Source of the DNA: Planctomycetota bacterium
GTDB lineage: Bacteria; Planctomycetota; UBA1135; UBA2386
NCBI GenBank assembly: GCA_965223545.1
Contig: OZ245006.1
Span: 3,136,001 to 3,200,000, forward strand
Direction of reading: 5' to 3'
Length of the DNA stretch: 64,000 bases
Positions 1 through 7,937 of this stretch are shown one piece after another. The position numbers were made by a program, and so were the translations under genes. Each line of letters opens with the position of its first letter. Position 1 is the stretch's first letter. The notes beneath the pieces were generated by a model. It was not told the origin of the DNA. It saw nothing but the letters and a program-made list of their open reading frames with translations, and ran no database searches.

Positions 1-4
1 CGAC

Positions 5-1429
5 GTGACGGAGGTCGTCTGGGTCCGCGCCGACGGCTTCGCGATGTGGCGCGGCCCGGCGCCGTTGTCCGCAGAAGAGATCGTGGTCGAGCTGCAGCCC
101 GGCGGCGACGTCGCCGGCGTGCTGCGCGGACCCGACGGCGCGCCGTGCGCAGGCGTCGACGTCACCATGTTGGCGCACGAGGCCGAAGGCGCACACGGCC
201 TGCCCCGCTGGGCGCGGCACGCACAGCAGACGGACGCCGAGGGACGGTTTCGATTGCGGGCAGTGCCAGCCGGCACGCGACGCATCCACGCACGCGGCAG
301 CGGGTGGCAGGCGGCTACCGCGACCCTGCAGATCACCGCCGGAGCAACGGTGCGCTGGGAGCCGCGGCTGGATCCCGCCCTGAGCCTGCGCGGCCGCGTG
401 CGCGACACCGGCGGCGCACCGCTCATTGGCTGCGTGATACGCGCCACCGCGCCCGGCGACGGAGCGTCCGTGTCGACCGAGTCGGACTCCGAGGGTCGCT
501 TCGCCTTTCCCGACTGCGATGACCGACGGTTCGAGCTCGCCGTGTTCGAGCCCGGTGCACCACCGACCTTCGCGATCGCCCGCGCCGAGGCCAGCCCGGG
601 CGCAGAGGTGGAGATCCGCGTGCCGGACTCGAGCCGCGCGACGGCCTCGCTGACCGGTCGACTGTTCACCGCCGGCACGCCGGTTCCCTCGGCCGCGGTT
701 TGCGTGTTGCCCGAGCCGTTCGCCAGCACGCACGAGACGCGCGCCGCCGGGGGAACCGGTCGTTTCGAGATCGCCAACTTGCCGCCCGGGCTCTACCGGG
801 TCATCGTCCGCCTTCCCGAAGAGCCGGTGCAGTGGCTCGGCGAGCACCGGCTGGCGCCCGGTCAGCGCCTCGATCTCGGACCGGTCGAGCTGCACCGCCC
901 CGGCCGGATCGGGTTGCGGGTCACCGAGTACGGCGGCACAGCGCCGAAGGAGTGCTCGTACCGGCTGCGGCCGGCGGACGGCGGCCAGGGGTTCTCCGGC
1001 CGGCTCGAGCTGGGGGAAGGCACCTCGCCACCACTGCCGCCGGGCGAGTGGGAGCTCGAGGTCTGGGGGCCGACCGTCCCACTGACCCGGCGCGTGGTCT
1101 CGGTGCAGGCGCGAAGCACCACGCATTCTGCTGTGGAAGCCGCCGCGGGCGCGCGCTGCACCTTCGAGGTCGCCTTCGTAGCGGGTGGCGAGCCGCTATT
1201 CGGCGAGGTGGTCTGGACGCGAGCCGACGGCAGCGAGCTGCGCAGAGACCATGTCTACCGGAAGAGCGCATCGCCGCTGCGTCTGGTGCGCGCATTCGCG
1301 GCAGGGACCTATTCCGTGACGGTGGACGCCGGCGAGCACGGGCGGGCGCACGCCGACTTCGCGGTCGGTGCCGATCTCACGGCACGCACCATCGCCATCG
1401 CGCTGGCGCCGGCTCGCCAAACCCGCTGA
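5..1429 (+). CDS. Carboxypeptidase-regulatory-like (transthyretin/prealbumin-fold) repeat protein, probably 5'-truncated by the window
   Basis: Repeated 'GxVxxxxGxP..G..V ... TDxxGRF ... xPxGxY' beta-sandwich units; the frame is open at the window edge. Confidence 0.75.
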   Translation: MTEVVWVRADGFAMWRGPAPLSAEEIVVELQPGGDVAGVLRGPDGAPCAGVDVTMLAHEAEGAHGLPRWARHAQQTDAEGRFRLRAVPAGTRRIHARGSGWQAATATLQITAGATVRWEPRLDPALSLRGRVRDTGGAPLIGCVIRATAPGDGASVSTESDSEGRFAFPDCDDRRFELAVFEPGAPPTFAIARAEASPGAEVEIRVPDSSRATASLTGRLFTAGTPVPSAAVCVLPEPFASTHETRAAGGTGRFEIANLPPGLYRVIVRLPEEPVQWLGEHRLAPGQRLDLGPVELHRPGRIGLRVTEYGGTAPKECSYRLRPADGGQGFSGRLELGEGTSPPLPPGEWELEVWGPTVPLTRRVVSVQARSTTHSAVEAAAGARCTFEVAFVAGGEPLFGEVVWTRADGSELRRDHVYRKSASPLRLVRAFAAGTYSVTVDAGEHGRAHADFAVGADLTARTIAIALAPARQTR

Positions 1430-1491
1430 CCGGCGGCGCACCCGCCCTTGCCGGTTGCCGGCGCCCGCACCGGTGCGCATGCTGAGCGCCG

Positions 1492-2613
1492 ATGCGCACT
1501 CGCCCGACTCTGGCCGCGCTCGCCGCGCTCACCGCGATCCTGGCCCTGTGCGCGGGCGCCGGCTACTGGGTGGGCCGCGCGACGGTGCTGGGCCCACTGC
1601 GCGCCGCGTGCGACGCGATCGACCGCGGGCGCTCGCTCGCGGAGGTCATTCCCGCCGACCAGCGCGACGCCGTGGCGGGCGCCTACCTCGAGGACGAGCA
1701 GGCCGAGACCGCGCTGCACCACTACTCCTGGTCACCGCCGCAGGTGCCCGCACCCTTCGTCGGCCACGTGCCGGCACCGGGCGCCAGCCACAACGCGGTG
1801 ATCAACCACTTCGGCTGCCGCGACGATCGACCGATCGCCGTGCCCAAGCCCCGCGGCCGGCGCCGCGTGTTCCTGACCGGTGGCTCGACCGCCTACGGGT
1901 CCGGTGCCGCCAGTCAGGAGCGCACCATCGGCGCCCTGCTGCAAGCGATGCTGAACGACGGCGATGGCCCGACCACCGAGGTGTTCACCTTCGCCAACCC
2001 GGGGTGGGCATCCACCCACGAGCGCGTCGCCATCGAGAACCGATTGTCCGAGCTGCAGCCGGACGCGGTGGTGTCGTTGTCGGGCGCCAACGACGCGCGG
2101 TGGGCCGAGCTCGGCCGCAACACTCTCTGGCTGCGGGGCTACGGCGACGAGGGCTTTTTCGCGATCCTCAACACCGTGCGCGCGCAGCTCGGACGCCCCC
2201 CTCTGCCCGACGCCCAGGGGCTCGAACCACCCCGGCCGCCGCCGGCGGTGGTCGCGGCGCGCTTGGCCAAGAACGCGCGGCTGGCCCACCTCGCCCTCTC
2301 CATCGCCGGCGCCGAGTACGTGTTCTGCCTGCAGCCGTCGTTGCACGTCACGGGCAAGCGCGTCAGCGCGCGCGAACGGCAGTACCTGAGCGATCCCGAC
2401 ACCACGCGCTACGCCGCCGACTGCTACGCCGCGTTCCGCACAGCCCTCGGCGAGATCCGCGACCCCGCGTTCGAGTTCCTCGATCTCAGCGGCCTGTTCG
2501 ACGGCGCCGGCGCAGAGCACGAGATCTTCCTCGACTCCTGCCACTTCGGCAGTCGCGGCAACCGCGCCATCGCGGCGGCGATCCACGACGCGCTGCGCGC
2601 GCGCTGGGGGTGA
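1492..2613 (+). CDS. SGNH/GDSL-hydrolase-like protein with N-terminal membrane anchor
   Basis: Hydrophobic N-terminus; GGSTAYG (block I), GAND (block III), DSCH (DxxH block V). Confidence 0.75.
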   Translation: MRTRPTLAALAALTAILALCAGAGYWVGRATVLGPLRAACDAIDRGRSLAEVIPADQRDAVAGAYLEDEQAETALHHYSWSPPQVPAPFVGHVPAPGASHNAVINHFGCRDDRPIAVPKPRGRRRVFLTGGSTAYGSGAASQERTIGALLQAMLNDGDGPTTEVFTFANPGWASTHERVAIENRLSELQPDAVVSLSGANDARWAELGRNTLWLRGYGDEGFFAILNTVRAQLGRPPLPDAQGLEPPRPPPAVVAARLAKNARLAHLALSIAGAEYVFCLQPSLHVTGKRVSARERQYLSDPDTTRYAADCYAAFRTALGEIRDPAFEFLDLSGLFDGAGAEHEIFLDSCHFGSRGNRAIAAAIHDALRARWG

Positions 2614-2669
2614 TCCCGCAGCGCCGGCCCTGTTGCTGGCTGCCGCCCCGATGGCGTACGCTTCGGGTG

Positions 2670-5510
2670 ATGGCGCGCGTTCACGGCCCGATCCTGGCGA
2701 TTCTCTGCGCGGGCACCGTCACGGCTCAAGAGGCGGACCAAGCCGCGGGGCACTGGGCCTTCGCGCCGCCCCAACGGCCGGTGCCACCGGCAACCGCTGC
2801 GCCCGACTGGGGGCCACACCCGATCGACGCATTCGTCCTCGAGCGCCTGCGGACCGAGCAGCTCACGCCCTCGCCGCGCGCGGATCGCGCGACGCTGGCG
2901 CGACGACTGTCGCTGGCCCTGACCGGTCTGCCACCGCAGCCGGAGCAGGTCGACGCGCTGGTCGATGACGCCGCTTCTACGCGTGCGGCGGTCGAAAGCT
3001 ACGTCGACCGCCTGCTCGCGTCGGAACGCTACGGCGAGCACATGGCCCGCTGGTGGCTCGACCTGGCACGCTACGCCGACACCGACGGCTACCACATCGA
3101 CGGCCACCGCGACATGACGGTCTGGCGCGATTGGGTGATCGACGCGTTCAACCGCGACCAGCCGTTCGATCGCTTCGCGGTAGAGCAGCTCGCCGGCGAC
3201 CTGCTGCCGCAGCGCACGATCCCACAGTGGATCGCGACCGGCTTCAACCGCAACCACATGACCAACATCGAAGGCGGCGCGGACCCCGAGGAGTACTCGG
3301 TTCGCTACGTCGTCGACCGCGTCAACACCACGGCCACGGTGTTCTTGGGGTTGACGGTCAAGTGCGCGGAGTGCCACGACCACAAGTCCGACCCGATCAG
3401 CCAAGAGGAGTACTACCGGCTCTACGCCCTGTTCAACAACGTGCCGGAGTCCGGGCTCGACGGCTACTACGGCAACGCCGCGCCCTTCATTCCGGTGCCC
3501 GACGCAGCGCAGACCGCGCAGCTCGGCGAAATCCACCGACGGATGGCCGAACAGCAGCAGGCGCTGCTCGCGATCGAAGACGAGCTGAACGAGGAGCAGC
3601 GGGCATGGCAAGCCGACGTGGCGTCGCGGCCCATCGACTCCGAGGTCCGCGAGGGCCTCTTGTTGCACCTGCCGCTCGAGGGCGACGTCTCGGCGAACGT
3701 GCGTGGCGCCGACGAGGTGCGGCCGCTGCCCGGAGCGTTGGGCAACGCGGTCCGCCTACCCGGCAACGGCACTCACCTCGAGTATGCCGAGCACATCGAT
3801 GCGGTCGATTTCGAGCGCGATCGCGCGTTCTCGATCGCCGCCTGGGTCCGGCCCACCAGCGGCGGCGCGGTCGTCAGCCGGATGACGGACGGGATGGGCG
3901 GCCGGGGCTTCGAGCTCGGCGCGACCAACCGTCGCCTGGCGTTGGTGCTCGCCCACCGTGCGCCGCACGACATGCTTCGCGTCGAGGCGACCACCCCGCT
4001 GCGGCTGGATGAGTGGGTCCACATCTGCGGCACGTACGACGGCTCCGGTCGCGCCAGTGGCCTCCGCCTCTACGTCGACGGGCGTCCCGCTGCCACGACC
4101 GTCGCGGCCGACGCCCTCACCGGCACGATCCGCAACCGCCAACCCCTGCGCATCGGCCGCCGCGAGACCGAGCTGCCGTACTCCGGGTGGATCGACGACG
4201 TGCGCGTCTACGACGGAGCACTCGCCGCCGAGGCGGTTGCGCGGCTGGCGATGCAGCGCGTGGCTGCCGCGCTCTCGGTACCAGCCGGCGAACGGTCGGA
4301 ACGGGACGCGACGGTCCTGCGCGACTACTTTCGCCGCTACGTTTCGCCGACGTCGCGGGCGATCGCGGCACACCTGACCGCCCTCAAGGCCGAGCAGGAC
4401 GCGCTGATGGCGGAGGTGTCGACCTGCATGGTGATGGCGGAGCTGCCCGAGCCCCGGCCGAGCCACGTCCTGCTGCGCGGCGACTACCGCAGTCCCGGCA
4501 AACGCGTCACCCCCGGGGTGCCGGCCGTGCTGCCGCCGCTGCCGGCGGGCGCCAGCGCCGACCGGCTGACGTTCGCGCGATGGTTGGTGCAAGACGACCA
4601 CCCGCTGACCGCCAGGGTGTTGGTCAACCGGCTCTGGCAGTGGATGTTCGGCCGCGGCCTGGTGAGCACCAGCGGTGACTTCGGCGTGCTGGGCGCGCGG
4701 CCGAGCCACCCCCAGCTGCTCGACTGGCTGGCCACCGAGATGGTGCGCTCGGGCTGGAGCGTCAAGCGCATGCTGCGGCTGGTCGCCACGTCGGCGACGT
4801 TTACCCAGACCGGTCTCGTCACCGACGAGCTGCTGCGGCGCGACCCGGACAATGCGCTGTTGGCGCGCAGCCCACGACCGAGGCTCGGCGCCGAAGCGAT
4901 CCGCGACAACGCGCTGGCGATCGCCGGCCTTCTCGATGCTCGCATCGGGGGGGCCAGCGTGAGGCCGTTTCAACCACCCGGTCTCTGGGAGGAAGTCGCG
5001 TTCGGCGGCAACTACCCGAGCCAGACCTACGAGCAGAGCGCGGGCGCCGATCTGTATCGCCGCGGCCTCTACGTCTACTGGAAGCGCTCGGCGCCGTACG
5101 CCTCGTTTCGCGTCTTCGACGCACCGACGCGCGAGCTGTGCGAGACCGAGCGACCGGTGACGAACACCCCGCTGCAGGCGTTGACGCTGCTCAACGATCC
5201 GGTCTACACCGAGTGCGCGCGCGGCCTGGCGGCGCGGCTCTGGGCCGCGGATGGCGACGACCGGGCGCGCCTCCGCCACGGCCTGCGGCTCTGCGTCGCC
5301 CGCCAGCCGAGGCCGGGCGAGATCGACGCACTGCAAGCCCTGCTGGATGCCGAGCGCCAGCGTTTCGCGCAGCACACCGCGGCGGCGACCGAGCTGCTCA
5401 GCACGGGCGCGCTGGCGCTGCCACCGCAAGCCCCCGCCCCCGAGCTGGCGGCCTGGACCACGGTCGGCAGTGCCCTCCTCAACCTCAGCGAGACCATCAC
5501 GCGCCCTTGA
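2670..5510 (+). CDS. Planctomycete DUF1549/DUF1553 (PSCyt2/PSD1) protein with inserted LamG-like domain
   Basis: HWAF, 'WLDLARYADTDG', CAECHDHK, LamG-like segment (W.H...TYDG...LYVDG...IDDVRVY), 'NRLWQ..FGRGLV', 'PSHPQLLDWLA', 'TPLQALTLLN'. Start moved from 1368 to ATG 2670 (signal peptide; TACGCT 7 nt upstream). Confidence 0.9.
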   Translation: MARVHGPILAILCAGTVTAQEADQAAGHWAFAPPQRPVPPATAAPDWGPHPIDAFVLERLRTEQLTPSPRADRATLARRLSLALTGLPPQPEQVDALVDDAASTRAAVESYVDRLLASERYGEHMARWWLDLARYADTDGYHIDGHRDMTVWRDWVIDAFNRDQPFDRFAVEQLAGDLLPQRTIPQWIATGFNRNHMTNIEGGADPEEYSVRYVVDRVNTTATVFLGLTVKCAECHDHKSDPISQEEYYRLYALFNNVPESGLDGYYGNAAPFIPVPDAAQTAQLGEIHRRMAEQQQALLAIEDELNEEQRAWQADVASRPIDSEVREGLLLHLPLEGDVSANVRGADEVRPLPGALGNAVRLPGNGTHLEYAEHIDAVDFERDRAFSIAAWVRPTSGGAVVSRMTDGMGGRGFELGATNRRLALVLAHRAPHDMLRVEATTPLRLDEWVHICGTYDGSGRASGLRLYVDGRPAATTVAADALTGTIRNRQPLRIGRRETELPYSGWIDDVRVYDGALAAEAVARLAMQRVAAALSVPAGERSERDATVLRDYFRRYVSPTSRAIAAHLTALKAEQDALMAEVSTCMVMAELPEPRPSHVLLRGDYRSPGKRVTPGVPAVLPPLPAGASADRLTFARWLVQDDHPLTARVLVNRLWQWMFGRGLVSTSGDFGVLGARPSHPQLLDWLATEMVRSGWSVKRMLRLVATSATFTQTGLVTDELLRRDPDNALLARSPRPRLGAEAIRDNALAIAGLLDARIGGASVRPFQPPGLWEEVAFGGNYPSQTYEQSAGADLYRRGLYVYWKRSAPYASFRVFDAPTRELCETERPVTNTPLQALTLLNDPVYTECARGLAARLWAADGDDRARLRHGLRLCVARQPRPGEIDALQALLDAERQRFAQHTAAATELLSTGALALPPQAPAPELAAWTTVGSALLNLSETITRP

Positions 5511-5514
5511 GGTC

Positions 5515-6924
5515 ATGAGCAACCGGCGGACAGATGAACACGGCTCGCGGCGCGCGTTCCTGCGCAACGTCGGTGCCGGCCTCGGTGCGACCGTCCTGGG
5601 ACGCCACGCGCGCGCGATCGGCGCCGGCGACCGTCGACCCCACCACCACCCGCGCGCCAAGCGGGTCATCTTCTTGTTCATGGCCGGTGGCCCATCGCAG
5701 ATGGATCTGCTGGACCCCAAGCCCGAGCTGGCGCGGCGCACCGGCGCACCGATGCCGGACAGCCTGGTTGCCGGCGAGCGGGTCGCGCAACTGCGCGGGC
5801 GCAAGCTCATCATCGTCGGCTCGCGCTACCGCTTCGCGCCGCATGGACAGTGCGGCACCGAGGTCTCGGAGCTCCTGCCGCACACCGGCAGCATCGTCGA
5901 CAAGATCGCCGTCGTGCGGTCGCTGCACACCGAGGCGATCAACCACGACCCCGGCATGACGATGATGCAGACCGGCTTCCAGCAGCCGGGCCGGCCGTGC
6001 ATGGGCGCGTGGGTGACGCACGGATTGGGACCGCTCAACCCCGATCTGCCACCGTTCGTGGTGATGATCTCGGGTGCCGCCAGCGGCGCACAACCGCTGT
6101 ACTCGCGGCTGTGGAGCGCCGGCTTCTTGCCCGGACACCTACAGGGCGTGCAGCTCCGCTCCGGTGAAGAACCGGTGCTGTTCTTGTCCAACCCGCAAGG
6201 AGTCGACCGCACCGCCCGGCGGCGGCTGCTCGACACTGTGCGACGCCTCAACGAGATCGAGCACGCGCACACCAACGATCCCGCCGTGGCGACTCGCATG
6301 CGGGCGTACGAGCTGGCGTATCGCATGCAAGCGAGCATGCCCGAGGTCACCGATCTCGGCAGCGAACCCGATCACGTGCTCGATCTGTACGGCGCGCGCC
6401 CCGGCGCGCCATCGTTCGCCACCAACTGCCTCTTGGCACGGCGCATGGTCGAGCGCGGCGTGCGCTTCGTGCAGCTCTACCACCGCGGCTGGGATCACCA
6501 CGAGAACCTGCCGCCACGGCTCGAGCAAAAGTGCGCGGAGACCGATCGCGCCGCGGCCGCGCTCGTCGTCGACCTCGAGCGGCGCGGACTGCTCGACGAC
6601 ACGCTGGTCATCTGGGGCGGCGAGTTCGGCCGCAGCCCGATGAACCAGGGCAGCATGCTCGATGGCAACTACGGCCGCGATCACCACGCCAAGTCGTTCT
6701 CGATGTGGCTCGCCGGCGGCGGCATCAAGCCAGGCATCGTCTGGGGCGCCACCGACGACCTCGGCTACGACGTGGTCGAGGGCGGCATGCACATCAACGA
6801 CCTGCACGCCACGATTCTCCACTGCCTGGGGCTGCAGCATCGGCAGCTGACCCACTTCCACGAAGGACGGGACTTCCGCCTGACCGACGTCGGCGGCAAG
6901 GTGATCCACGGCCTCCTGGCCTGA
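5515..6924 (+). CDS. DUF1501 family protein (Tat-like signal)
   Basis: SRRAFL twin-arginine-like signal, 'AKRVIFLFMAGGPSQ.D..DPKP', 'LLARRMVERGVRFVQ', 'GEFGR', 'GRDH', 'FRLTDV'; usual partner of DUF1553. Confidence 0.92.
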   Translation: MSNRRTDEHGSRRAFLRNVGAGLGATVLGRHARAIGAGDRRPHHHPRAKRVIFLFMAGGPSQMDLLDPKPELARRTGAPMPDSLVAGERVAQLRGRKLIIVGSRYRFAPHGQCGTEVSELLPHTGSIVDKIAVVRSLHTEAINHDPGMTMMQTGFQQPGRPCMGAWVTHGLGPLNPDLPPFVVMISGAASGAQPLYSRLWSAGFLPGHLQGVQLRSGEEPVLFLSNPQGVDRTARRRLLDTVRRLNEIEHAHTNDPAVATRMRAYELAYRMQASMPEVTDLGSEPDHVLDLYGARPGAPSFATNCLLARRMVERGVRFVQLYHRGWDHHENLPPRLEQKCAETDRAAAALVVDLERRGLLDDTLVIWGGEFGRSPMNQGSMLDGNYGRDHHAKSFSMWLAGGGIKPGIVWGATDDLGYDVVEGGMHINDLHATILHCLGLQHRQLTHFHEGRDFRLTDVGGKVIHGLLA

Positions 6925-6968
6925 GGACCGCGCCGCTGAGGGAACGCGGCGCTGAGCGCACGAGACGG

Positions 6969-7937
6969 TCAGCGGCGCAGGTCGGCGACCGCGCGCCGCG
7001 CGCGCCACCACCGCTTCAACTGCTTCACCAACCGACGCGGCAGTCCGGTCAGGGGGCGGTCACTGTAGTAGCTGCGCTGCAAACGGGCGATCGTGTCCTC
7101 GAACTGCTTCTCGCGGTCGTACAGGTAGCGCAGCTGCCCATCGCGCCTTGCGACCGCGGCCCGGATCTGCATCGCATCGTCTTCGGACAGCACGCAGCCG
7201 GCCTTCAGGTGGTCGGGCAAGGGTCGCGGCACGTAGACCGTGGAGTGCCGCGGCGCAGTCTGATCCTGCGGTCGGCTGCGCGTGTAGTAGTAGACCGCCA
7301 GCGACTTCCGGGTGACCTCACCGTGCTCGGCCGGCGGCGACACCGCTCGAAACCCGTGCCAGGACGCCTCCGTCGTCTCGAACAGCACGCAGCGGTTTGC
7401 CCGCGGGAGGATGCTCTGTACGCGGTTGCCGGCGGGATCCCACGGATCCGAGTGCAGCTCCAGCTCCCCACCCCAACTGGACTCCCAGACCTCGTGCAAG
7501 AACACGATCAGGTTGAGCCGTCGGTGCCAGCCGAACTCCGGGTGGAAGTTGAAGTCGACGTGCGGATCCAGCTCCTGGCCGGCGCGGTTCTCGTGCGTGC
7601 CGCCGCCGAAGTAGAAGGGGTCGTAGAGGAGGTCGGGGACTTCAGTGATGTCGCTGATCAGCCGGCGGAACTCCGCCGACTGCAGCATGCGATCGACGCT
7701 GCGGTAGGGCTCGCCCAGTCGGGTCAGATCCTCTCGCGTGGCTTTGCCGCCCAAGTCGCCGTGCTCGTTGACGGCGCAGCCGGAGGCGAACGGCGGAAAC
7801 TGCTCGCGCAACGCCTCGAGGACCGCGGGCAAGAAGAAGTCGTCGACGACCACGTGCCGGAACGGCACCGCCGCGGCGAAGCGGACCGCCGCAGCGGCGC
7901 GGTTGTCCGACACGGCGGGTGACAGGAGCTCAAGCAC
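6969..7937 (-). CDS. 2OG-Fe(II) oxygenase
   Basis: 'PFRHVVVDDF', HVD facial-triad motif (DPHVDFN), 'RRLNLIVFL', SWHG, 'RKSLAVYYY'. GTG start overlaps the upstream stop. Confidence 0.85.
   Translation of the reverse strand: MLELLSPAVSDNRAAAAVRFAAAVPFRHVVVDDFFLPAVLEALREQFPPFASGCAVNEHGDLGGKATREDLTRLGEPYRSVDRMLQSAEFRRLISDITEVPDLLYDPFYFGGGTHENRAGQELDPHVDFNFHPEFGWHRRLNLIVFLHEVWESSWGGELELHSDPWDPAGNRVQSILPRANRCVLFETTEASWHGFRAVSPPAEHGEVTRKSLAVYYYTRSRPQDQTAPRHSTVYVPRPLPDHLKAGCVLSEDDAMQIRAAVARRDGQLRYLYDREKQFEDTIARLQRSYYSDRPLTGLPRRLVKQLKRWWRARRAVADLRR

Noticed and set aside
1368..2669. N-terminal ~430 aa of the 1380-aa ORF
   Set aside because: Arg-rich shadow frame over the SGNH gene; the real start is near 2670.
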